Source: a virus (taxonomy: Duplodnaviria; Caudoviricetes). Taken from it: a stretch of 64,000 nucleotides of DNA. Under the pieces are notes generated by a model that worked only from the letters and a program-made list of their open reading frames with translations, was not told the origin of the DNA and did no database searches. Both the position numbers and the translations under genes were made by a program. The stretch lies in IMG/VR virus record IMGVR_UViG_3300021400_000103; one strand, given 5' to 3'. Of this stretch, positions 53,898 to 63,127 are shown piece after piece (position 1 is the stretch's first letter; every line of letters begins with the position of its first letter).

Positions 53898-55487
53898 ATG
53901 GCAGTTAATTGGAAACCATATGTATGTATGCAGACAAACTCCACATGTTATAGAAAGACCTCGACGATGAAAATTGTCGGGGTCTTATGGCATGATACGG
54001 GATGTAACAATCCTTGGCTGAGTCGTTATGTACAGCCTACGGAGGGATCTGCAAATTATGCAAAAGACATTGAAAAGATTGGTAAGAACCGAGCGGGGAC
54101 AGACTGGAACCATAAGGAAGTTCAAGCTGGACTGAACTGCTGGGTTGGAAAATTTGACGACGGATCTGTCGGTACAGTACAGAGTATGCCGTGGAATTTC
54201 CGTCCATGGGGATGTGGTGGCGGAAGCCGAGGAAGCTGTAATGACGGCTGGATACAATTCGAGATTATGTAAACCAACACAGGTCTCCGTGTAGGGTAAC
54301 CTGCATGTAAAAATACGCATTGAATTGCTGGAACGCCATAATGCTAATCATACCACAACGTAGGAATGAAATATGTCCAAGCGTGATGGTTACGAAAGTA
54401 GAAAGAAATGATTGGATGGGAGCGAGGTTAAATCCCCTGCTCTCTTTTTTAATTGGTAATCAGCAGCGAAGCTCCGAAAAGGAGAACGTTCAACGATCAT
54501 CCCGGGAGGGAGTAGGCAGCTTGTCGTCTGCCGGAGTGGTGCGCACCCTTATGAGGGTGAAGATATGATCTACGATATAGCTGTGAAGATGCTAAAACCG
54601 ACAAGGAGTATGCCCTTAAAGCATACAAAGAAGCTGTAAAACTTACTGCGTGGATTTGCGAACAGTACGGAATTGACCCCCATGGTACAGTACGCAAAGC
54701 TGGCAGAGATGTCCCGACTATCCTCTGCCACTGGGACAGCTATAATCTTGGACTCGGCAGTGGCCATTCGGACATTTACGACTGGACGGCTATGTGGGAT
54801 GCTCTTGGTATCAAGATTACAGACCGCAATGATCCGTACAACAACCCGATGATAACAAAACTTCGTAATGACGTGGCTGCACTGATGAAGAAAGTTGGCT
54901 GGTATGAAGAAGATGGTAAGTGGTACTACTACTATAACAGCGGAAAGTTCGCCGTTGGTTGGACAAAGATTAACAAGAAGTGGTATTACTTTGGTAATGA
55001 CGGTGTTATGAGGACAGGATGGCTTCAGGACAACAAGAACTGGTACTACCTCAACGACCAAGGAAAGATGGTTGTCGGATGGCAGTTCATCGATAACAAG
55101 TGGTACTTCTTCGCAAATAGTGGTGCCATGAAGACCGGATGGATTAAGTCTAAGAAGGATTGGTACTTCCTGAATAAAGATGGGTCTATGGCTACCGGAT
55201 GGATTCTGGATGGTAAGGCTCAGTATTACCTGAATAAGAATGGTGATATGGCGCACGAAGAGTGGATTAAGGATACTGATCCTACTGGAACAAACAAGGG
55301 ATATTACTGGCTCAGTAAGAACGGCAAGTTCACGTATCCATATTCTGGCAAGTGGACAAAGATCAAGGGAACGGATAAGTGGAAGTTCGAGGATAGTACC
55401 GGATGGTATGCCAAAGATGAGACTATCAAGATCGCCGGTGTATGCTACACATTTGATAAAGACGGATACTTGGTTGAAGATAAATAA
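53898..55487 (+). CDS. Endolysin (N-acetylmuramoyl-L-alanine amidase plus cell-wall-binding repeats), split by intron 5; exons 53898-54265 and 54581-55487, 424 aa
   Basis: Join gag at|c tgt gaa gat reads WIQFEICED; WHDTG, LCH and GHSD zinc-site motifs; KWYYF..G.M.TGW repeats. Confidence 0.88.
54266..54580 (+). mobile_element. Group I intron 5 (315 nt, no ORF, no recognisable P9)
   Basis: P1 gagat/gtctc with U54265-G54283; P10 cacag/ctgtg; core ttgaattgctggaa, aatcagcagcgaag, gttcaacgatca, aagatatgatct; terminal G54580. Confidence 0.88.
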
Positions 55488-55490
55488 TGC

Positions 55491-55519
55491 TTGACATTAT
55501 CCGTATGGTTTGATAATAT
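55491..55519 (+). promoter_or_regulatory. Sigma-A-type promoter pointing into attP
   Basis: TTGACA, 17 nt, TAATAT with extended TG. Confidence 0.6.
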
Positions 55520-55565
55520 ACCACTTGTGGTTACAAGGTCGCCAAAATAAAAACTTTCCCGAATA

Positions 55566-55846
55566 GGCGTAAAAAATCGGCGTAAAGTTGAAAAAAATAG
55601 GCGTAAGGCTTTGAAAACCGCATAAATAAAGGCACAGGGGATTGGTCAAATGGTATGATAGGGGTCTCCAAAAACAGATGTGAGTATTTTTCAAGCACTA
55701 AAAAATATAACCGCAAGCCCGCATAAATAAAGGGTTTGCGGTTTTTTTGTCTCCTGACATTTTAGGCTTATTTCGGTAATAAGTGGTATCTAATGGTATC
55801 TATTTCGGCGTAAAATGGGCGTAAATTGTCACCCAAATGGGCGTAA
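55566..55846. other. Phage attachment site attP with integrase arm-type repeats
   Basis: Six direct GGCGTAA repeats in two clusters of three (55566, 55579, 55600; 55807, 55818, 55840); two ccgcataaataaagg repeats flanking a tRNA fragment; adjacent to the integrase. Confidence 0.8.
55636..55673 (+). tRNA. 5' half of tRNA-Trp(CCA): att core fragment, not a full tRNA
   Basis: AGGGGAT-TG-GTCA-AATGGTA-TGAT-A-GGGGT-CTCCAAA gives acceptor 5' strand, D arm and anticodon loop; no T arm or 3' acceptor strand follows. Confidence 0.8.
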
Positions 55847-55902
55847 GTCTGTTGACAAGCATTTCTTCGTTATGTTATAGTCACATTAGAGGAGGTGATA
55901 TA

Positions 55903-57066
55903 ATGAAGAAACTTGCAAAACTTCCAAGAGGAGAAGGCAGTTTTTCCCGTAGAGCGAATGGATCTCTGGAGTATAAAAAGTATGTTCATGTTAACAACGG
56001 CACTATCCGCACTGTCGTGTACGGTAAAACCGAACGTGAGTGCATGGAGAAGATGCGTGAAAAGGAAGCGGCCATAAAAGAGCGGAGTAAGTTCACCTCT
56101 GATCAGTTACTCGGCGAAGCTCTTATCGTATGGATTAACAAAGTTAAGAAACCTACATTAAAGAAGCAGTCCTATGACAGACTTATAGGTGCAGCCCGTC
56201 AGATTGGTAAGTCAGATATTGGCCGCCGGTACTATAGCAAGATCGACACCATGGAACTTCAGCACTACATATATCATCTTCTTGAGTTGAGGTATGCATG
56301 GGGTACGATCAAGAAATCATATGATCTGCTCCGGGCCTTCTATCGCTACATGTCTATAAAGGAACAGTTTCGTGATCCAATGGCGCTGGTTGTTATGCCA
56401 AGGAAAGACAACGTCAAGGTAGATAGTCGGCAGATAGAATGGTTTGAAGAGGAAGATATCCAGAGGTTTACCGAAGCCTGTGATGCAAGGTGGAATACTG
56501 GTCGACTAAAGAATAAATACGCCTATGCTATCGCCGCCAATATATACCTCGGATTACGTGGTGGGGAACTTCTCAGTTTAAAATGGAAGGATGTAGACTT
56601 CGACAGAAACACAATATACGTATCAAAGACTTTGATTGAATACCGGGATAAGAACGGTAAGACTAAATTTGAAGTGCAGGAATCTACAAAGAGAGATAAG
56701 AACAGATATGTACCGATGAATTCAAAGGCCAAATCCTTCATGTTAAAGCATCTGGAGGAGAGTGAGTTTACGGATCCAGAAGACTTTGTGATATCAACGT
56801 CTAACCGTAGAACTACCACATTGAAGAATCTGTCGGACACTATCCGCAATATAGAGGAAGAAGCCGACACAACGGTACGTACTTACAATACGCATATCTT
56901 GCGTCATACATGCGCATCGCTGTACTTCAGAGCTGGCGTACCGGTCGAGACTATTTGTGCTATCCTCGGTAATACTCGTGAAGTATGTGAAAAAACATAT
57001 GTCCACTTCGCAGAGGAACAGCTCAAGAACGCTGCATCCAAAATTGTGCCGATTATTGAATTGTAG
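55903..57066 (+). CDS. int: Phage integrase (tyrosine recombinase)
   Basis: RGEGS arm-binding N-terminus; GLRGGELL, HILRH and terminal TY; promoter TTGACA (55852) .. TATAGT (55876). Confidence 0.9.
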   Translation: MKKLAKLPRGEGSFSRRANGSLEYKKYVHVNNGTIRTVVYGKTERECMEKMREKEAAIKERSKFTSDQLLGEALIVWINKVKKPTLKKQSYDRLIGAARQIGKSDIGRRYYSKIDTMELQHYIYHLLELRYAWGTIKKSYDLLRAFYRYMSIKEQFRDPMALVVMPRKDNVKVDSRQIEWFEEEDIQRFTEACDARWNTGRLKNKYAYAIAANIYLGLRGGELLSLKWKDVDFDRNTIYVSKTLIEYRDKNGKTKFEVQESTKRDKNRYVPMNSKAKSFMLKHLEESEFTDPEDFVISTSNRRTTTLKNLSDTIRNIEEEADTTVRTYNTHILRHTCASLYFRAGVPVETICAILGNTREVCEKTYVHFAEEQLKNAASKIVPIIEL

Positions 57067-57121
57067 GATAAATTGAAGTGTGCTATACTCATTGTATAAT
57101 CCAATACAGGAGGATATACAC

Positions 57122-57472
57122 ATGGCTAGAAAGAACTATACGGAAGAACAAAAGAAATCCGCAGTAGACAAGGTTAAAGAGGTTGGAGTTAACAAAGCGT
57201 CCAAAGAGCTTGGCATTTCTACATCTACACTTACTGCTTGGAGTAAAGCCCAGGTAACACCCGAAAAGGAAGAAGTACCTAAGAAAGATGTTACACCTGT
57301 TAAGAAGACTACGGCTACAGTCAAAAAGACCCGCAAGTCTAGGAAAGGCTCACCCGAAGTTAAACGATTAGAGGAGCTTGAGAAGGAAAATCGCGAACTC
57401 TCAACACTCAACATGAAGCTGAAGGCTGAGAGAGATCAACTTAAGAAAGCAATTCGAGATATCATCTCATAA
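57122..57472 (+). CDS. HTH protein (IS3 OrfA-like HTH plus coiled coil), stand-alone
   Basis: YTEEQK..ASKELGISTSTLTAW; own promoter TTGTAG-17-TATACT; no transposase catalytic ORF nearby. Confidence 0.7.
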   Translation: MARKNYTEEQKKSAVDKVKEVGVNKASKELGISTSTLTAWSKAQVTPEKEEVPKKDVTPVKKTTATVKKTRKSRKGSPEVKRLEELEKENRELSTLNMKLKAERDQLKKAIRDIIS

Positions 57473-57478
57473 TCCTTC

Positions 57479-57514
57479 AAAAGCCCAAGAGGTTGTTCCC
57501 CCTTGGGCTTTTTT
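57479..57514. terminator. Bidirectional terminator between convergent units
   Basis: aaaagcccaag/cttgggctttttt. Confidence 0.8.
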
Positions 57515-57518
57515 CGTC

Positions 57519-57686
57519 TCAGTTTATTGAATCCATATAAGCTTTAAACTTGTCCTCCGGGATGATATACTGCCTCCCAACCTTAACCTTCGGAAAATCC
57601 GGCTGGTTAATCATTTCATATATCTTCTTCATGCTAAAACCTAAAATGGATTGAATATCCTTTGGTTTGAGGTATTTAATCTCCAT
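57519..57686 (-). CDS. xis: Excisionase-family HTH protein (55 aa; not in the ORF track)
   Basis: MEIKYLKPKDIQSILGFSMKKIYEMINQPDFPKVKVGRQYIIPEDKF; RBS aaagga; near the integrase. Confidence 0.75.
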   Translation of the reverse strand: MEIKYLKPKDIQSILGFSMKKIYEMINQPDFPKVKVGRQYIIPEDKFKAYMDSIN

Positions 57687-58443
57687 ACGCATTTCCTTTC
57701 AAATAATTATTTTTCTTTATTACAGCATCCAGCAGATCGTGGTTTACACCGCACTCTTCCGAAATATATGCCAGCGCTGCAATGTCTTTAGGTAAACAAC
57801 TCCCGCCATACCCACGATTATCTTCATATACGAATGTGTGGCTACGGCTAATGCGCGGATCTTTTAACCATACTTCCCGCAGTTCGTCGTAATCAACTCC
57901 GCACTTCTTTGCTATATCATACATCTCATTGCAGAATGTAACCTTAGTTGCATAGAAGCAATTCTCCATGTATTTAGCCAGTTCTGCGGTAGATGCATCC
58001 GTCTTAACAATCTCAACGTCTGCCGTGTACACCTTCTGATATTCTTTAACAACCTCTGCTGTATCCTCGGCGGATCCACCAAGCGTGATCCATGTGCGAT
58101 TCCTAAGATCCGCAAGTGGGTGATGATGTGTCTCGCCATAATACTCCGGTTGAAACACTATGCGCTTACCCAGCTCTTTCTTCTTACGTTCTGTATACCC
58201 TACTGGCACAGTGCTTCGAATTACTATTACCTTAGTAGTACACCAGTTAAGCACTTCGTCCACCGCAGTTGTGTCACAGTGTCCGTCGTCTGCCATCGGA
58301 GTAGGAACACACACAAATGCTATGTCGCATTCATTGATTTGTTCACGCGTGACATATCCTTTATATTTATCATATACAACTGCATCTTCGAACAGTTTAT
58401 TCATAGCTCCGCCAACATGTCCATTACCGATTATTCCTACCAT
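57676..58443 (-). CDS. UDP-glucose/GDP-mannose dehydrogenase family protein lacking the C-terminal domain
   Basis: GIIGNGHVG, VCVPTP, RSTVPVG, ELAKYMEN and GYGGSCLPKD motifs. Confidence 0.85.
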   Translation of the reverse strand: MVGIIGNGHVGGAMNKLFEDAVVYDKYKGYVTREQINECDIAFVCVPTPMADDGHCDTTAVDEVLNWCTTKVIVIRSTVPVGYTERKKKELGKRIVFQPEYYGETHHHPLADLRNRTWITLGGSAEDTAEVVKEYQKVYTADVEIVKTDASTAELAKYMENCFYATKVTFCNEMYDIAKKCGVDYDELREVWLKDPRISRSHTFVYEDNRGYGGSCLPKDIAALAYISEECGVNHDLLDAVIKKNNYLKGNAYGD

Positions 58444-58451
58444 ATCCCCTC

Positions 58452-59333
58452 CTAAGCGTAATATGTTACTATCATTCCGGTTGGTGTAACCGTGGTCTTT
58501 GTGGGTTTCGTCTTATCATATTCTATACGCTCTGCTTCAAAATTACGGCAGAACAGTTTAACCACCTTTGGGTTAAAGAAGTAATTCATTTCTCCTATAA
58601 TTTCGAACTTCTTGGGATGTTTATTCATACTCTTTAACCACACTTTGATCTCAGGATCCTTGTCTGAATAGATTAATTTATTTCCTCTAGCGACAATGAT
58701 TCTTTGGAACGGATAAAACGGATCTGTAACATTTACCCATCCAGACTTCCACGTACCCTCGAAGTAGTGGATGCCAATGGTTTTGGGCGTAATCAGATCC
58801 AATTTCCTAGTTGGGAAATACTCTTCGCCAAGTATCGTGAAGCCGTCATCGTAGGTTGTTAACTGTGATCCATGTATGTCATACATCTTGTACATGTTCT
58901 TAATAAACTCTTTATGAAGTATTGCCCCAGGAACAAGTCCTTCTTTTGCTCTCTTATAAAGCTCTGGAAAATATTTGCAGTCGCATCCGAGTACGCCTGA
59001 GTCCGGCTGACTTGGTTCAAATTCCGTAATAAATCCATGGTTATACTGAAGCAGTTCGTCAAGTGGTTTTATGAGTTGTACGTCTGTATCAAGGTAGATA
59101 CCGCTTGATTTACTAAGGAATTCAAGTCTTGCAGCGTTGCTCACGTAAGACCAGTTTTTATGCTCATATGCGGTCTTTGAATACGGAGTTGAGTTAACGT
59201 CAAAGTTATCTTCGTTGATTTCCACAATTTCATAGTCCGGGCATATCCTCTTCCATGACTCAATACACTTTTTGTTGAGTTCGGACATTTCTCCATGCCC
59301 AAACCAACAGTAGAAAATCCGCTTATCTATCAT
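58452..59333 (-). CDS. Glycosyltransferase (GT32 / DXD sugar-binding type)
   Basis: IFYCWFG, CIESWKR, GIYLDTDV and IHYFEGTW motifs. Confidence 0.85.
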   Translation of the reverse strand: MIDKRIFYCWFGHGEMSELNKKCIESWKRICPDYEIVEINEDNFDVNSTPYSKTAYEHKNWSYVSNAARLEFLSKSSGIYLDTDVQLIKPLDELLQYNHGFITEFEPSQPDSGVLGCDCKYFPELYKRAKEGLVPGAILHKEFIKNMYKMYDIHGSQLTTYDDGFTILGEEYFPTRKLDLITPKTIGIHYFEGTWKSGWVNVTDPFYPFQRIIVARGNKLIYSDKDPEIKVWLKSMNKHPKKFEIIGEMNYFFNPKVVKLFCRNFEAERIEYDKTKPTKTTVTPTGMIVTYYA

Positions 59334-59352
59334 AGAGTTTTTTTCCCCCCCC

Positions 59353-59793
59353 CTACTTGCCAGTGCTTCCGATTCCGCCCTGTCCTCGCTCCGTATCAGA
59401 GAGAGTGTCTGTTTCTACTATATTAAAGAGATAATACGGGAGCAGTATCATCTGCGCCAAACGCTCTCCTCGTTCAATCATCTGAGGTTGTTCTCCGACA
59501 TTTGTAAATGCCATCATAATTTCGTTCCTATAATCATTGTCGATAACCCCAACATTATTAGGCAATGTCAGATGTCTCTTAATACCAACACTACTCCTCG
59601 GCACAACCATTCCCCAGAACCCATCCGGGAACTCGCAAGCGATACCACTACCTATAATCTTTGTTTCTCCTGGTAAAATCATTACAAACGGTTCGTGGAT
59701 GTCTGCATATAGGTCGATTCCAGCCGAATAGGCGGTACCTCTTTTTGGCAGTATCGCCGTATCACTAACTTTCTTAACCTTTAATTCAAGCAT
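59353..59793 (-). CDS. dut: Trimeric dUTPase
   Basis: AGIDL, PRSS, GVIDNDY, ERLAQ and RGQGGIGSTG motifs. Confidence 0.95.
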   Translation of the reverse strand: MLELKVKKVSDTAILPKRGTAYSAGIDLYADIHEPFVMILPGETKIIGSGIACEFPDGFWGMVVPRSSVGIKRHLTLPNNVGVIDNDYRNEIMMAFTNVGEQPQMIERGERLAQMILLPYYLFNIVETDTLSDTERGQGGIGSTGK

Positions 59794-59950
59794 TTTTTAA
59801 TCCCTCCAATTTTTCTTTTAGCTGCCGAATATCAAATGATAACCGTCTACTTGTATTCCAATCCGTTGTGTTCCAACGGTCTTTCATATCTAAGACGAAT
59901 TTGGCGTTTTCCAATTCATCTATCTTTGATCTGATTTCTTCTTCTGTCAT
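59786..59950 (-). CDS. Small hypothetical protein (54 aa)
   Basis: MTEEEIRSKIDELENAKFVLDMKDRW...; coupled to neighbours; paralog of the next ORF. Confidence 0.6.
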   Translation of the reverse strand: MTEEEIRSKIDELENAKFVLDMKDRWNTTDWNTSRRLSFDIRQLKEKLEGLKNA

Positions 59951-60111
59951 GCGTACCCCTCATTTAATTGGTTAAAACAGTACACAATCTGTTGCGACAA
60001 CCTAAGACTCTGTAGCTCATCTATTTCGTCCCAGTCATCCTTGCAATCCAAGATAAACTGTTTGTGTTGCAGGTCTTGAAGTTGTGCTTCTATATCTTGC
60101 CTGTTCATCAT
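59947..60111 (-). CDS. Small hypothetical protein (54 aa)
   Basis: MMNRQDIEAQLQDLQHKQFILDCKDDW...; RBS aaggag. Confidence 0.6.
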   Translation of the reverse strand: MMNRQDIEAQLQDLQHKQFILDCKDDWDEIDELQSLRLSQQIVYCFNQLNEGYA

Positions 60112-60220
60112 TTTTTTCTCCTTCTATAATATGTACGGTTACCCCAACTCCGCCGTACCGCATCAGTCGCCCAAAAATTGTCACTCGTTGCCGAGGCTGA
60201 TGTTGCCCATGAAATGTGTT

Positions 60221-62476
60221 TTATAAGTTCATCTTTTTACTATGTTTATATCGCATCTCAGTTTCCTGCTGTTTGCCAAGATTAAATGCTGTTTTGTAAT
60301 CTCCTGTTAGATATCCAGTCACCCTACGAAGTCTCTGTATGTGATGACTCCCACATTGTGGACATACATCGTTCAAGTCGTCCGTATATCCACACTCCAA
60401 ACATGTGTCGCAAGGAACATTTACAGCAAAATAAGGTACATCCTTATCCATCGCATAATTTACAACGGTTTCCAATGCTTCTAAGTTTTGTTTTGCACTG
60501 GCATCAAACTCCGCATAAACTATGCAGCCTGCCGACGAATATCCTGTCAACTGTGATTCAATATCGATTTTTGTAAACGGATCACATTCATACCACACAG
60601 GCACATGAATTGAGTTTGTGAAATACAATCTATCAGACACTTTTGGTATTTCACCATATGTCTCTCTGAATTTCTTCATTGCCGTATAACACAGATTTTC
60701 TGCGGGGGTATAGTATACTCCGAAATTTAATTTGTATTCTTGTTTAAACTCAGAACACCGATCTTTAAACAACTTTTCTATTTTCTTAGCTAATTCCATA
60801 CCACGTTCTTCCGTATGATCACATCCAATAAGAATCTGTAATGTTTCCGCAAGCCCTATTTGACCTATTGCCAATGTTCCGTGTTTAAGTGCTGATCGAA
60901 TACCTTCTTCTGGTACATATCCTTCCATCGTTCCATTCTCATACATAAACTTTGCAGATGCAGGACTTTGTGAACAAATCCATTCAAATCTTTCAATAAG
61001 CATATCCTTAGCTTCATAGATTTTGTTATCAAGTAAAGACATGAATCGTTGTATATAAAATTTATGTGCTAGGTCTAATTCATCTTTATCTCGCGTGTTA
61101 TATTCATGTTGTTTTACAGCCTCCATTGCCAATGTAGGCATGATAATAGTTACCGGACAGATGTTTCCACGTCCATCTTTTAGTTGCCCAAAGCCGTTAA
61201 TATCAAAGCCGTTAGCAGTCCGGCATCCCATGGTTGAAAAGAATGTCCTTGGATCGTTTTTGTCGTATCCTTCGTTACCGCTCCAATCACAATTAGCATA
61301 GTTAGGATAAAGTCTCTGTGATGTAGACCGAAGTGCTAACTGAAATAAGTCATAATTCGGATCTCCAGGATGACGATTAACACCTTTCATACACTGGAAT
61401 ATTCCACACGGGAAAATAGGTGTCTTATGGAACTTCCCAACCCCTTTTATCGAACCTTCGAGTAACGCTTTAGTTACCATACGTCCTTCCGGTAATGTGC
61501 ATGTTCCATAGTTAATACTTGTAAACGGCAACTGATTTCCGCTTCTCGATTGTAGAGTATTGAGGTTATGGTACATACCTTCAACGGCCTGTTGTGTTTC
61601 TTTAATCGTCATATCCATTGCGTATTGATACACTTTAGGGAATGCTTTATATATTTCATCATCAATACTTCTTCCACTATTGTCTGTCATATCTTCAAAA
61701 TCCATATTAATGGCTTCGTTTAAATATCTTGTGCCAGTCTTAAAATGTTTCCAAAAACTTTTTCTCACATATGGAACCATTGTCCAATCTAAGTGTGTGG
61801 CTGAAACGCCGCCAAACTGTTGTAGGCTTTGAAGCTGAAATATAACTGCCACTAACTGAAATGCCGTATTTACAGAGTTGGCAGGTCTGATATCTGTTTG
61901 ACGAGTATTAAATCCATTAGCCAATAGTTTATCAAATGGCACTGAGAGGCAATTGTGCATCCCAACTGCGTAACTATCAAGGTCGTGAATATATATCTCA
62001 TTATTCAAATGATTATTTCTTGACATTTCAGACATGCAGTAGTTTAAAGCGTAAGACTTCATAACTTCACTGCTGGCTTCTCCTCTTCTTCCACCAAATG
62101 AATATTCGTCAACATTAGCATTTTGGTTTTGTACGTCAGACGCCTTTAGTTTCTTACCAACGCCTTTCATAAGCAGACTATTACGTTCTCGTTCTCGTGT
62201 TCTCTTGTCTCTATAAAGAATGTAACACTTCGCAACATCCTTACGATTTGAAGCCATTAATTTATTTTCAACAGTATCTTGTATTTCTTCCACATTGAAG
62301 TTTTTGTTCATGTCTTCAATATAGTCGGCAATATCATTAGCTTTTGTCCGAGCCTTAGTGGTTATTTCTCCGTCTACTTCCTCAAATGCTTTAAGAATAG
62401 CATTGACTATTTTGTCTCTATTAAATGAGACCTTCCTACCATCCCGTTTAACCACTTTCATAAACGTAGTCTCCAA
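60221..62476 (-). CDS. nrdD: Anaerobic (class III) ribonucleoside-triphosphate reductase with ATP cone
   Basis: VVKRDGR ATP cone, IYIHDLD, TPAENLC, CxxC..CxxC and RRVTGYL glycyl-radical motif. Confidence 0.95.
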   Translation of the reverse strand: METTFMKVVKRDGRKVSFNRDKIVNAILKAFEEVDGEITTKARTKANDIADYIEDMNKNFNVEEIQDTVENKLMASNRKDVAKCYILYRDKRTRERERNSLLMKGVGKKLKASDVQNQNANVDEYSFGGRRGEASSEVMKSYALNYCMSEMSRNNHLNNEIYIHDLDSYAVGMHNCLSVPFDKLLANGFNTRQTDIRPANSVNTAFQLVAVIFQLQSLQQFGGVSATHLDWTMVPYVRKSFWKHFKTGTRYLNEAINMDFEDMTDNSGRSIDDEIYKAFPKVYQYAMDMTIKETQQAVEGMYHNLNTLQSRSGNQLPFTSINYGTCTLPEGRMVTKALLEGSIKGVGKFHKTPIFPCGIFQCMKGVNRHPGDPNYDLFQLALRSTSQRLYPNYANCDWSGNEGYDKNDPRTFFSTMGCRTANGFDINGFGQLKDGRGNICPVTIIMPTLAMEAVKQHEYNTRDKDELDLAHKFYIQRFMSLLDNKIYEAKDMLIERFEWICSQSPASAKFMYENGTMEGYVPEEGIRSALKHGTLAIGQIGLAETLQILIGCDHTEERGMELAKKIEKLFKDRCSEFKQEYKLNFGVYYTPAENLCYTAMKKFRETYGEIPKVSDRLYFTNSIHVPVWYECDPFTKIDIESQLTGYSSAGCIVYAEFDASAKQNLEALETVVNYAMDKDVPYFAVNVPCDTCLECGYTDDLNDVCPQCGSHHIQRLRRVTGYLTGDYKTAFNLGKQQETEMRYKHSKKMNL

Positions 62477-62485
62477 TCTCCAGTT

Positions 62486-62893
62486 TTAGTAATATCTTTT
62501 CGGATCTAACTCAATCCCTAACCAATCCTTCCAGAACTTAATCACGTCATCAATGTTCTTTTTATCCTCATCGCTTAGTTCCTTCTTCTTGTTCTCCGGC
62601 TTGTTATACTCAGGATCTGTGATCTGAATCCGGTAACCAAGCTCTTTCTCAATATCATCAATAGACATCTTCTTTCTTTCCGGTTCTTTAACCAATTTCC
62701 ACGCATTAACGTGCGTAATAGCGCGGAAGAAATCAGCAATAGAATCTTCTGTATTTTCGCCAGCAGGGAAAAAAGTGTTAAGAGCATTTTTGCTGATTAC
62801 AAATCCATCCGCTTTATTATAGGTTCCAAACGTACTTTCATAAGTCCGTCCATTTTCATCAGCCAATCCAACCATTTCGTATGTAAGCATCAT
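62486..62893 (-). CDS. Hypothetical protein
   Basis: RBS ggagga before MMLTYEMVG; KKMSIDDIEKELGY motif. Confidence 0.6.
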   Translation of the reverse strand: MMLTYEMVGLADENGRTYESTFGTYNKADGFVISKNALNTFFPAGENTEDSIADFFRAITHVNAWKLVKEPERKKMSIDDIEKELGYRIQITDPEYNKPENKKKELSDEDKKNIDDVIKFWKDWLGIELDPKRYY

Positions 62894-63125
62894 CGTCCTC
62901 CAATATTCCAAGATCCATAAGGTCACCAATAAATTCAATACCAACTGTAGAATCCACATTATCAACGTCAATGGAAACCTCGTTGTCGAAACCAAGATTT
63001 GTTACAAACTGAAGACTTGTGTCGTTGATCTCTATGTCTCCGATTTTTACTGCTCCGCCCTCATACCGAGTAGCGAGTCTTACAAATGACTTCACATCCT
63101 CATCGTTTCTGAACTTAACTGTCAT
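62859..63125 (-). CDS. Degenerate HPr-like protein
   Basis: VKF...DVKSFV.LA..Y pattern parallels the neighbouring HPr-like gene. Confidence 0.5.
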   Translation of the reverse strand: MTVKFRNDEDVKSFVRLATRYEGGAVKIGDIEINDTSLQFVTNLGFDNEVSIDVDNVDSTVGIEFIGDLMDLGILEDDDAYIRNGWIG

Positions 63126-63127
63126 AC

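Noticed and set aside
54320-54568. 82-aa ORF inside the endolysin gap
   Set aside because: Coincides with the intron catalytic core; no RBS or protein motif
55636-55710. Complete tRNA-Trp gene
   Set aside because: Pairing stops after the anticodon loop; no T arm or 3' acceptor strand
55566-55846. CRISPR array or replication iterons
   Set aside because: Repeats are 7-15 bp, irregularly spaced and flank a tRNA fragment next to an integrase, which fits attP
57122-57472. IS3-family insertion sequence
   Set aside because: Only an OrfA-like HTH is present; no DDE ORF or terminal inverted repeats seen
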